DNA from: an uncultured Gammaproteobacteria bacterium
GTDB taxonomy: Bacteria > Patescibacteriota > Microgenomatia > Levybacterales > GWA1-39-11
DNA length: 64,000 nucleotides
Assembly: GCA_964651815.1 (NCBI GenBank)
Contig: CAZYWG010000008.1
Span: 4,824 to 68,823, forward strand
Direction of reading: 5' to 3'
In this document: in pieces, positions 50,434 to 58,875 of the stretch
Layout: every line of letters starts with the position of its first letter
Position numbering within the stretch: position 1 is the first letter of the stretch
The notes under the pieces: model-generated
Databases searched by the model: none
What the model saw: only the letters and a program-made list of their open reading frames with translations
What the model was told of the DNA's origin: nothing
Translations under genes and position numbers: made by a program

Positions 50434-50775
50434 TTACAATGATTTATCGTCACGAGGATGGCCGGATTCTCCCCTTAGTCTTTCATTTTCAAGCTCCAGC
50501 TGATGGACTCTCTTAGTAAGTGCTGAAATTTCTTTGTTAGCGCCTTTTATGGTGTTTTCTTTCTTGTGAATTTTGAAAGCCGTAGCAATAACATCAAAAA
50601 AACTTATAATCCAGCTCACTACAAACCCCAAAAGTAAAGATCCAAGAACTATTATATATAAAGGTATGCCGGGAACGGAAGTATTTGCAAAAGTGACGTT
50701 AATTGCTTGTGTATTTTGCGTTGCAAAAAAAGCCATTCCGATTCCAAAGATTATTAATATAATTAAAGCGAACAT
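50434..50775 (-). CDS. LapA (DUF1049) family membrane protein
   Basis: FATQN...V.F...PL..IVL..LLLG followed by a coiled coil. Confidence 0.85.
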   Translation of the reverse strand: MFALIILIIFGIGMAFFATQNTQAINVTFANTSVPGIPLYIIVLGSLLLGFVVSWIISFFDVIATAFKIHKKENTIKGANKEISALTKRVHQLELENERLRGESGHPRDDKSL

Positions 50776-50855
50776 ATTCTTAGCATAGTCTTATATAAAC
50801 AACTTTGCAATAATGTAAATAAGTGAGCGGAAAATTACTCTGTTGCGAACAAAGA

Positions 50856-51059
50856 TTATACTTTCAAAAACACAAGAAGCTTAAAGATTAAGAATGCCGG
50901 CCAAAGACAAGATTTAAGAATTCCAACTACTACATCCACAAAAGAATGCGCGTTACCTAGAAAATAAAAAAGCGCGCCCACAAATCCCAAACCATAAACT
51001 GCTCCGCCGCCGCCATGCTTGACATATTTCATTTTTTTGTTCTCGTCGCTTTTTACCAT
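50856..51059 (-). CDS. Small membrane protein
   Basis: GAVYGLGFVGALFY...GILK..LWPA; likely start MVKS at 51059. Confidence 0.75.
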   Translation of the reverse strand: MVKSDENKKMKYVKHGGGGAVYGLGFVGALFYFLGNAHSFVDVVVGILKSCLWPAFLIFKLLVFLKV

Positions 51060-51219
51060 ATTTATGGTATACCACACTTTACGAGTCACATTCAAGATAT
51101 GCAAAATTCAGAAGTGATATTCTAAAAGCCGCATGAAGTCACCATTAAATTCATTTCTTACAAGTTATTCATTACTCTTTTACTTGACAACCACCTTTTA
51201 ACTAATATAATCTTAAAAT

Positions 51220-51429
51220 ATGCCAGAAATTATAGAAAAAAACCCAAAAATACTGCATGGGATGCCGGTAGTTAAAGGCACAAGGATTCCTATAGCAAGA
51301 ATCGTAGCTCTACATGTCCAAGGGTATAAACTTAAAGACTTCAAAGAAGATTATCCTGACTTAGATTTGACAAAAAAGGATCTGAAAGATATTTTTTATT
51401 ACTACTACAAAAACATTGCGACGCAATAG
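51220..51429 (+). CDS. DUF433 family antitoxin
   Basis: IEKNP.ILHG.PVVKGTRIP...YP.L; TTGACA...TATAAT promoter. Confidence 0.92.
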   Translation: MPEIIEKNPKILHGMPVVKGTRIPIARIVALHVQGYKLKDFKEDYPDLDLTKKDLKDIFYYYYKNIATQ

Positions 51430-51787
51430 ATCCTCCACCAAACGTAAAAAGTTCAGATTGCTCCTCGATTCGGCCTTTCCAAAACCATCTCAATTTTCAA
51501 AATTGATTTCCAAGGTACATCTTGAACACGTTGTATATTCGTTAAATATGCCAAGGACCTCGGAAGACGAATTTATTTATCAAAAGGCGACTCAAGAAAA
51601 TTGTTTAGTTGTGACTATTGATGAAGACTTTAAGAAGTTGAGGAAACAGAAACAGGCAGGGGTAATTATTGTACCCTCAGACCTTTCAGTCAGACAAATA
51701 GAGGAAGCATTGTTGTGGTTTGTAAAAGATAAAAATCCGAATGATTATATAGGTAAAGTTACAAGAATAGAGAGAAATGAATTCTAG
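51416..51787 (+). CDS. DUF5615/VapC45-like PIN toxin
   Basis: LLLD, SEDE.I...A, VVTIDEDF and GVII motifs; overlaps the DUF433 gene. Confidence 0.85.
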   Translation: MRRNRSSTKRKKFRLLLDSAFPKPSQFSKLISKVHLEHVVYSLNMPRTSEDEFIYQKATQENCLVVTIDEDFKKLRKQKQAGVIIVPSDLSVRQIEEALLWFVKDKNPNDYIGKVTRIERNEF

Positions 51788-52215
51788 GAAAGAAACCGGG
51801 GAAAGAAAATTTACAACTTTTTTGATCGCTTTTTCTTGATTATTGGGACTAAAATTAAGCAATTGAAGAGAGAGAAAGTTCACGATTTCTGAATACATCT
51901 TCTACAAAGTCTAAGCCAAATATTTTCCGGCAAATTTCATTAAGAATTTTGTAAGTCCAGCGAAAAATAAATTCTAAAACCACGCATATTATTTTGGCGG
52001 TTTTATCGTTATAAGTCGGCAATTTTTTACATCAAAAAAGCATAATTTCAAAAAGGGGGAGAAAAATTAAAATTCTTACCGTAGAAATGCGGGGATTTAT
52101 AAGACAGTAACTCTTTTTGAAGCTATTTACCCCTAAACAACCTAAATAATCTTTACTCTTATTTAAGTCTCAAATTGAATTTATCAACTTAAAGGAAATT
52201 TGTCAATGCGGAGTA

Positions 52216-52845
52216 CTAATTATTAAGGGGTTTGATAATTTCCGGAGTCTGATTCTTTGGACTACCTACTAGACTCGATATTTTATAAGCCTCCATATGA
52301 TTTGCCGGGAATGGTTCAAGTAATTCCATTAATTTGTTTGCGTTTGTATCCGGATTTAGCCACAGTTCTTCATCATTTTTTGTCAATATACACGGCATTC
52401 TGTCATGTACGGGTTTCATAAGACTATTTGGTGTAGTTGTAATAATTACAAAACCTTCTCCTGGTCTATAAATTCCTGCAAATGAAAACATTTTTTCTCC
52501 TTTAACTTTAAAACAATAAGGTTGTTTTCCTGACTCTGTTTTTTGCCATTCAAAGAAAAATGAGGCAGGGATTAAACATCTAGTCTCACGAAACATTTTT
52601 CTGAAAGTCGTAAGCTCTGCTACCGTTTCACTCTTTGCATTTATGTGTCTCACCCCTGGTTTCCAGGACTCTATGCCAAACGACAGATATTCACCAAGAT
52701 TGGGGCTATTCCTATGAACTACGAGTCCCTTCATTGTAGGCGCGATGTTATACGTGGTTTGAATCTTTGGTTTGTTGGAAAGTTCGTATCTCTTCCAAAC
52801 CTCAACATCATCTTTTGGGGCTATTGTGCCATATCTTCCACACAT
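52216..52845 (-). CDS. SOS response-associated peptidase (SRAP/HMCES/YedK)
   Basis: MCGRY (Cys2), YNIAPT, INAKSET, RCLIPA..FFEW and HDRMP motifs. Confidence 0.96.
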   Translation of the reverse strand: MCGRYGTIAPKDDVEVWKRYELSNKPKIQTTYNIAPTMKGLVVHRNSPNLGEYLSFGIESWKPGVRHINAKSETVAELTTFRKMFRETRCLIPASFFFEWQKTESGKQPYCFKVKGEKMFSFAGIYRPGEGFVIITTTPNSLMKPVHDRMPCILTKNDEELWLNPDTNANKLMELLEPFPANHMEAYKISSLVGSPKNQTPEIIKPLNN

Positions 52846-52874
52846 GAGAATATTATATCACTTGATACACTTTT

Positions 52875-52889
52875 TCGTACTTTGTTCGA
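52875..52889. promoter_or_regulatory. Imperfect palindrome TCGTAC-TTT-GTTCGA, candidate LexA-type operator
   Basis: Centred between the divergent SRAP and polymerase promoters; resembles GAAC-Nx-GTTC boxes. Confidence 0.45.
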
Positions 52890-52924
52890 TTGTTTTTCGT
52901 CTTTATTTCAAGTAATCTATAATG

Positions 52925-53185
52925 ATGAACTTGAGGTTGAGCGAACCCATCGATGTTATCGCTGTATTCACCCGCGACCATGAAAGGTTAAAACCAATTC
53001 GCCTCAAATGGAAAGAGAAAGCTTACTCAATAAGACAGATTGATTTTGTATTTAGAGAAAAGAGAGGAAGAATACTCTTTCATGTCTTTTGTTGTCTCAC
53101 AGATACACTTTACTTCAAGGTTTGTTTCGATACGGAAAGCTTAATCTGGTGTGTTGAAGAAATTTCAGACGGGGAACCAGACTGA
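52925..53185 (+). CDS. Small DUF6504-like protein coupled to a Y-family polymerase
   Basis: P..LKW....Y.I..I...F...FKV.FD.....W pattern; TGA/ATG overlap with the polymerase. Exact start uncertain (52922/52925/52931). Confidence 0.7.
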   Translation: MNLRLSEPIDVIAVFTRDHERLKPIRLKWKEKAYSIRQIDFVFREKRGRILFHVFCCLTDTLYFKVCFDTESLIWCVEEISDGEPD

Positions 53186-54426
53186 TGGAATTAGATTTAA
53201 ATAAAGCCGAACCAAGAGTCATGTTCGTTGATTTAAATTCCTGCTTTGCAAGGTGCGAACAACAGGCTAACAGGTTATTACGAAACAAACCTCTAGTTGT
53301 TGCCGCATACGCTTCTGATTATGGATGTGTAATATCTCCCTCAGTTGAGGCAAAAAAGCTAGGAATAAAAGTAGGACACAGAGTCTCAGACGCAAAACAG
53401 ATATGTAAAGATGTTATTGTCAGGAGTCCAACCCCGAATTTATATAGAGATGTACATCAAAGATTCTGCAAGATTTTTAAAAGTTATACACCATATGTTA
53501 TGCCTCAAAGTATTGATGAAGCAGTATTACGGTTTGATAAAATGCCGCAAAAAGATTTAATAAGAGTTGCTAAAGAAATAAAGACCAGAATGAGGAGTGA
53601 AATTGGCGAATGGATTTCAAACTCTATTGGGATCTCAACAAATAAATTCTTAGCAAAAACAGCTGCAAGTTTAGTAAAACCTGATGGATTGGTATGGATT
53701 GATTATAAAAATGTAAGGGAGGTATATTCAAAGCTTGAATTGATAGACCTATGTGGAATAAATGTAAGGAATGAATTTAGACTCAACATGGCGGATATTC
53801 ACACTCCTCTTGAGTTTCTAGACTCTTCAATGCTGAAGCTTAAAAAACAGGTTTTCGAAAGTATATTGGGACACTATTGGTATTTAAAATTACGGGGATA
53901 CGAATGTGAAGATGTGGAATTTGGGAGAAAATCTTTTGGGCAGTCATATGCTCTACCAAGATTTACCGATAATCTTGCGGAGCTTTCAAAAATCTTGATG
54001 AAATTATGCGAGAAGGCTGGAAGAAGACTCCGAAGAAACGGATATTATGCAGCAGGAGTTGATGTGGGATGTGGATATACGGACGGATTTTGGCACAAGA
54101 GCAGAAAAACCCCTCAAAGGCTTTTTAGTGGAAGTGATTTGTATAAAAGCGCGTTAAGTATCTTAAAACTGCAGCCGGAAAAGAAAAAAGCGACCCATGT
54201 CTTTGTGAGTTTTTTTAATTTACAGAAAATGGATTGTCTACAGCTAGATATATTTAACGAACAACTTAAGAATTGGGATATAAGCAGGGCAAGTGACGCC
54301 GTGAATGACAGGTTTGGCGAATACACAATTACTCCTGCGACTATGCTCGGGATGAATGAGCAGGTGATTGACCGTGTGCCTTTTGGCGGGGTTAAAGACA
54401 TTATGCAGGTCTATTTTGATAACTGA
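53185..54426 (+). CDS. dinB: Y-family translesion DNA polymerase (DinB/UmuC-like)
   Basis: FVDLNSCFA, S.EAK..G, SIDEA, SIGI..NKFLAK.A..KPDG and clamp motif QLDIF. Confidence 0.92.
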   Translation: MELDLNKAEPRVMFVDLNSCFARCEQQANRLLRNKPLVVAAYASDYGCVISPSVEAKKLGIKVGHRVSDAKQICKDVIVRSPTPNLYRDVHQRFCKIFKSYTPYVMPQSIDEAVLRFDKMPQKDLIRVAKEIKTRMRSEIGEWISNSIGISTNKFLAKTAASLVKPDGLVWIDYKNVREVYSKLELIDLCGINVRNEFRLNMADIHTPLEFLDSSMLKLKKQVFESILGHYWYLKLRGYECEDVEFGRKSFGQSYALPRFTDNLAELSKILMKLCEKAGRRLRRNGYYAAGVDVGCGYTDGFWHKSRKTPQRLFSGSDLYKSALSILKLQPEKKKATHVFVSFFNLQKMDCLQLDIFNEQLKNWDISRASDAVNDRFGEYTITPATMLGMNEQVIDRVPFGGVKDIMQVYFDN

Positions 54427-54663
54427 CTTGTCTCCAAAACACCCGTTTATCCTGAAGATTCGAATACCCTTGGGGTCACCAAAGGGAACACCCGATGTTT
54501 CAACACTCAAAAGAGGTTGATATAACGGGCTAATCCCGCGGTTCGAAAAACCTGGATACTCCCAAGTGAACACGGAGGGCGATATCGAACCAAGAAGTAC
54601 TCTTTTCTGATTTAGGCTTCGAAACCAAAATCTCCAATTGTGGCTTTATGGTAAAATTTTAAT

Positions 54664-56856
54664 ATGACAAACGAACAAACAAATAATGGACCTGGAGATA
54701 TAAGAACCGCGATTAAAACAAGAAGGTTCATGAAAGAACTTTCGCATGCAGAGAACATAACGTTACTGGGTTCAAAAGGACATAGGCTGGAAGATATTCT
54801 TACGGCTTCAGACAGGGCTTTATCAGAGCTTCAGGAAAAAAATTCAGAATGGATAGATCAAAAGCGCCAACTTCTTGCAGGTTACCTGTCTCCTCTGAAA
54901 GCAGGCGCAGTTGATGAGGCATATCATGGCGGTCTTGTTCTTACTGTTACGCAAGAGTTTCGTACATTTGGAAAAGTTAGCAAGGGGGAGATTGATAAAA
55001 TGGATGATCCAAATTATTTAAAACAAGTAATTGAAGGTTACACTGTTGATTTTTTCCGGAGCCTAAGAATAGCGGAACGCCTAAAAATTAACCCAAGTTC
55101 TGCATTGGAAATTGCAGAATTATCCTACCATCATAATCCCACAAAATTACTAGATCTTTTAAAAAAATACCCCGATATTAATATAGGCGCCATTTTACTT
55201 GCCGCAAAAAAATCCCCATTGAGGTCGGAAGCATTCTTGGACAATTATGCTATGACTGTCGTTAGATTATCCGAGGACCCAAGATACTCCGCATTAAATC
55301 CCGGTGTAATTAATTCTGCAGCCCTTGGCTACACAAAAAACCCTGAGGGATTCCTGGATGTCTACATGAAGACTGTTGCTAGGTTATCAGAGGACCCAAG
55401 ATATTCGGCATTAAATCCCGGTGTTATTAATGTTGTAGCTCTTGGTCATCCAAAAAACCCTGAGGGATTCCTGGATGACTACATGAAGACTGTTGCTATG
55501 TTATCAGAGGACCCAAGATACTTGGCATTAAATTCTAGCGTTATTGAAACAGCCGCTCTCAAGAACTCGAAAAACCCTGAGGGATTCCTGGATGACTATA
55601 TGAAAACTGTCGTTAGATTAACTGAGAATCCAAGATACTCCGCATTAAATTCTAGCGTTATTAATTCTGCTGCCTTTAGTCATCCTAAAAATCCTGAATC
55701 GTTCCTCGATAGTTATATTTCTGCTGTCGATCGGTTATCGAAAGACTCAAGATATTCAGAATTAAATTCCGGCTTGATAAATCACGCTGCCCTTGGTTAT
55801 TCAACGGACCCCGAGGCTTATCTGGATAGCTGTATTAATACTGGTGCCCGATTATCAGAAGATCCAAGGTACTCGGCGCTAAGCCAAAGCGTTATCAATT
55901 ATGCTGCTTTCTATAACCCCACCGATCCAGAGGCATTTCTCGATAAATACATTAATAAGGTCACAAGATTAACCCAGGATCCAAGGTACTCGGCGCTAAG
56001 CTTAACTATCATCAATTCTGCCATCTTTACTAACTCAAAAAACCCAGAGGCCTTTTTAGACGGTTATATTGAGACCGCCGCCCGTTTATCAAAGGATCCA
56101 AGGTACTCGACATTAACTCCGACTGTGATAAACAAAGCTGCTCTGAGTTACCCGAGCAACCCTGAGGCCTTTATCGATAGTTACTTGGCCACGACCGCCA
56201 GATTGTCGGAGAATCCAAAATATTTAGAGATAAACAGGAGCGTAATCGATAAAGCCGCACTTTATTATCCGTCCAATCCTGAGGCATTTATTGATGGTTA
56301 CATTAAGAGTGTTAATCGCTTATCCGAGGATTCGAGGTATTCATGGTTAAATATTGGAGTTATTCAAAAAGCAGCTCGTCAGAATACGACTAACCCAGAG
56401 GCAATTCTAGACAGTTACATTATGACCGTAGCACGTCTTTCAGAGGATCCAAGGTATTTAGCCATTAACCAGAGTATTATTGATAGAGCGGCACTTTATC
56501 ATGCGAGCAACCCGGAGGCAGTCCTTGATTTGTTTATTAAGAACGTGGCTCGGTTATCACAGGATCCAAAATATTCAGAGTTAAACGATACTACAATTAA
56601 CAGAGCAGCCTCTCATTATCCAGCTAATCCTGAGTCATTTCTGGACGTCTTTATTACAACTCTTTCTCGGTTAACAGAAAAATATTCTAACATTTCAAAA
56701 CACACAATAAATGCTGCAGCTTTATACTTCCCAACTAATCCTGATGCGTTTGTAGAAAAATATATATCTGGAATGGTTAGTGAAACCGAATTAGAGGACG
56801 AAGAAACATTAACTGCGGATAATATTTTAGAGGATAACGGAATCCTTCCCGATTAA
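54664..56856 (+). CDS. Tandem 39-aa repeat protein of unknown family
   Basis: 12 full repeats, consensus RLSEDPRYSALNxxVINxAALxxPxNPEAFLDxYIxTVA, plus degenerate flanking units. TGGTAAAAT lies 6 nt before the ATG. Confidence 0.92.
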   Translation: MTNEQTNNGPGDIRTAIKTRRFMKELSHAENITLLGSKGHRLEDILTASDRALSELQEKNSEWIDQKRQLLAGYLSPLKAGAVDEAYHGGLVLTVTQEFRTFGKVSKGEIDKMDDPNYLKQVIEGYTVDFFRSLRIAERLKINPSSALEIAELSYHHNPTKLLDLLKKYPDINIGAILLAAKKSPLRSEAFLDNYAMTVVRLSEDPRYSALNPGVINSAALGYTKNPEGFLDVYMKTVARLSEDPRYSALNPGVINVVALGHPKNPEGFLDDYMKTVAMLSEDPRYLALNSSVIETAALKNSKNPEGFLDDYMKTVVRLTENPRYSALNSSVINSAAFSHPKNPESFLDSYISAVDRLSKDSRYSELNSGLINHAALGYSTDPEAYLDSCINTGARLSEDPRYSALSQSVINYAAFYNPTDPEAFLDKYINKVTRLTQDPRYSALSLTIINSAIFTNSKNPEAFLDGYIETAARLSKDPRYSTLTPTVINKAALSYPSNPEAFIDSYLATTARLSENPKYLEINRSVIDKAALYYPSNPEAFIDGYIKSVNRLSEDSRYSWLNIGVIQKAARQNTTNPEAILDSYIMTVARLSEDPRYLAINQSIIDRAALYHASNPEAVLDLFIKNVARLSQDPKYSELNDTTINRAASHYPANPESFLDVFITTLSRLTEKYSNISKHTINAAALYFPTNPDAFVEKYISGMVSETELEDEETLTADNILEDNGILPD
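55264..56778 (+). repeat. 117-bp coding tandem repeat array
   Basis: Units start at 55264, 55381, 55498, 55615, 55732 ... 56551 and 56668 (last one shorter). The first four are highly similar in DNA. Confidence 0.95.
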
Positions 56857-56990
56857 ATAAACCTGCCCCATCTTAGAAAATTAAACATTTCCTCTGCTAG
56901 TTCCGTGCCTTCAATTCTTCTCATTATTTCCCGGCTGTTGTTTTGGGATAATATATTGAGGCTACCTTCCCAAAGAACATGTCTGACAAT
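56853..56990 (-). pseudogene. C-terminal remnant of a PLD-like (HKD) domain gene
   Basis: Reads IVRHVLWEGSLNILSQNNSREIMRRIE...GRFI*. The GSxN half-motif is present, but there is no HxK and no start of its own. Confidence 0.6.
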
Positions 56991-57079
56991 AAAGATGCAG
57001 TATTAATATATTCCTGGATTTGATCGTCTGATAGTTTACCTTTTCGATCTATAATTTTTCTTGCTTCTTTGATCGTCAT
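56924..57079 (-). CDS. Small ORF MTIKEARKII...LSDDQIQEYINTASLLSDMFF, running out of frame into the PLD remnant
   Basis: 51-aa ORF translated by hand. Confidence 0.5.
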   Translation of the reverse strand: MTIKEARKIIDRKGKLSDDQIQEYINTASLLSDMFFGKVASIYYPKTTAGK

Positions 57080-57215
57080 TTTTAATTAAAACATATTGCT
57101 AAAAATGATTATTATGTCGCACAATCTACATAACACGACATAGTTTTGAGGCTAAATCGTTTGTGGAAAATAGGTGTCGTGCGTAAAACTTATACTATAA
57201 GACTACATCTATGTG

Positions 57216-57773
57216 CTATTTTATCTCTTTAGGAAATTTGATAATCTTTAACTTTGCTGATCCAAATCCTATTTTAATTGAGTAACTTCTTCCTGTAATA
57301 TCTTGATATTTTAATGTAAGAGGGATCTCCATATCGGAAAAACGTGGGTCAAGATAAGTTGATAAACTAAATCCAGAACCCATAGGTTGATCATTTTTAA
57401 AGGATTCAGATAATAATTCTCGTTCTTCGCCTTTATCAAGTACGTTCGGATTGGTCATTTTCAAAATATATTTATAATTTTCATCGATATTTCTCCCTGC
57501 GAGATTATCCTTAAAGTGTAAGTTAAATTCCTCAAATTCAATATTTAATGCAGGTGCGCTACCTATATTTTTGACACGAAAGAATGTTTCCAATCGCCCT
57601 CTAGAATCTCTACCCTTCAAATATACAACAGGTAGCGGCATCAAACTTAGCTTAAGCTGCTGGTTTGAAATTTTTTTTAATCCTAAAGTTAGCCAGGCAT
57701 ATACTGCAACTGTGATAAGAGTTAAAACTAAAACAAAATCACTTATTATGCTAGTAGTTTCAAGAATTGTCAT
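57216..57773 (-). CDS. Hypothetical protein with an N-terminal TM
   Basis: TM followed by P..Y...VKNIG..PA.NI...Y.DI.G..Y pattern. Confidence 0.8.
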   Translation of the reverse strand: MTILETTSIISDFVLVLTLITVAVYAWLTLGLKKISNQQLKLSLMPLPVVYLKGRDSRGRLETFFRVKNIGSAPALNIEFEEFNLHFKDNLAGRNIDENYKYILKMTNPNVLDKGEERELLSESFKNDQPMGSGFSLSTYLDPRFSDMEIPLTLKYQDITGRSYSIKIGFGSAKLKIIKFPKEIK

Positions 57774-57930
57774 TTTATATAGATATGATTTTAATACTTT
57801 ATACCAATTGGAACAAGTATTTTCAAAGCTACAATGATTTAATTCATAGGGATTAAGTACACCTAATCCCTACAATTAAACCACAAGCTACTCCATTATC
57901 TAATTGCCGTTAAATATTTTCGCTTGAGTT

Positions 57931-58239
57931 TCATAACCATAGTAAAGTGTCAGAAAATGCTTTAAAAGCCCAGACTAAATCAGAATAACTTAGACAAACC
58001 ATTTCGTTAGTAACTTCACCCATTTTATCTCTGCCGTAAAAAAACTTGATGTATAGACCATTAAAACGTCCCAACTTTGCCCTTTTTACAAGGCTAAGAT
58101 TTCCAAAGTTTTTAATTTTAGTCAAGGAAGTGGACAATCTTCGCTTTTGCCCGTTTACTTCGGTCAAAATAATTATTACCTTGGGCTCCTTTTTTAAAAC
58201 TTCTAGTGTATTTAATTTGTTGTATGTTATATATGTCAT
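57931..58239 (-). CDS. Hypothetical basic protein
   Basis: 102-aa ORF co-oriented with the two upstream small genes. Confidence 0.6.
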   Translation of the reverse strand: MTYITYNKLNTLEVLKKEPKVIIILTEVNGQKRRLSTSLTKIKNFGNLSLVKRAKLGRFNGLYIKFFYGRDKMGEVTNEMVCLSYSDLVWAFKAFSDTLLWL

Positions 58240-58337
58240 AACTTTTTTATTCCCGATCTTATTAACTTTTCTTAACTATGTTATATAGATAACAATACAT
58301 ATATGTTTTTACTTACATATAAGTAGAGCTATTCTTT

Positions 58338-58604
58338 TTACATACTTTCTTCGATTTGTTTTTTGTTATAGGCATTTAAGACTTCTTGTTGAATGTATAT
58401 CCAATCATTAAGGTTGTCAGTTTTAAACAACGGTCTCCAATAAGTTCCCGCTTTATAGCTAGGAGGCGTTATATATTCCTTTTTGCTTACAGAATCTCGT
58501 AATACTTTGAAACCTTTTAAAATGAACCCTTCAAAATGAATATCCGCCCGTGCTAAAACTTTTTCCGATTTTGACTCTAAAAAATTCACTTCCAAAATTT
58601 TCAT
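58338..58604 (-). CDS. SpoVG-like protein
   Basis: VLARADI.FEGFILKGFKV......YITPPS.K...Y.....VLNAY. Confidence 0.75.
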   Translation of the reverse strand: MKILEVNFLESKSEKVLARADIHFEGFILKGFKVLRDSVSKKEYITPPSYKAGTYWRPLFKTDNLNDWIYIQQEVLNAYNKKQIEESM

Positions 58605-58605
58605 T

Positions 58606-58875
58606 TTAATACTTGGCTTGATAAAGATTGTCTTTGAGTATTTTTATTGCTGTTACGAATTTACGAGGGTCTATTAAAACTTCTGGTGAATCTTCTTTTG
58701 CAAAATTATATGTTTGTATCAACAATTCTCTTTCTGGTGTATCTCTAAAAACAAAATATGATCTTTTAGGATTTGTGGGATCAGTTTCAATATTTACTAA
58801 TTCGAGTTTTTTAGAGAATAAAAAACATGCGGCATAAAATGAAGTTAATCGAAAATAACGGTCAGCTTTATTCAT
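58606..58875 (-). CDS. DUF5659-like small protein
   Basis: F..TSFYAACFL....L......R.YFVF......IDP..F..AIK.LK..LY. Confidence 0.7.
   Translation of the reverse strand: MNKADRYFRLTSFYAACFLFSKKLELVNIETDPTNPKRSYFVFRDTPERELLIQTYNFAKEDSPEVLIDPRKFVTAIKILKDNLYQAKY

Noticed and set aside
51788-52215. AT-rich gap with short ORFs, a possible island boundary
   Set aside because: No att repeat, terminal inverted repeat or credible protein was identified.
54452-54495. CTGAAGA-TTC-GAAT followed by a hairpin, resembling a minimal hammerhead
   Set aside because: There is no stem II, the 15.2/16.2 position is an A-A mismatch, and the sequence after the putative C17 cannot form stem I with the sequence before CUGA.
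54455-54556. TTCGAA/GGTTCGA T-loop-like motifs suggesting a tRNA or att site
   Set aside because: No cloverleaf, acceptor stem or proper T-stem can be built on either strand.
55264-56778. Regular repeat array considered as CRISPR or a DGR template/variable repeat pair
   Set aside because: Units are contiguous in-frame 117-bp coding repeats without spacers. There is no cas or reverse transcriptase gene nearby, and the differences are not adenine-specific.
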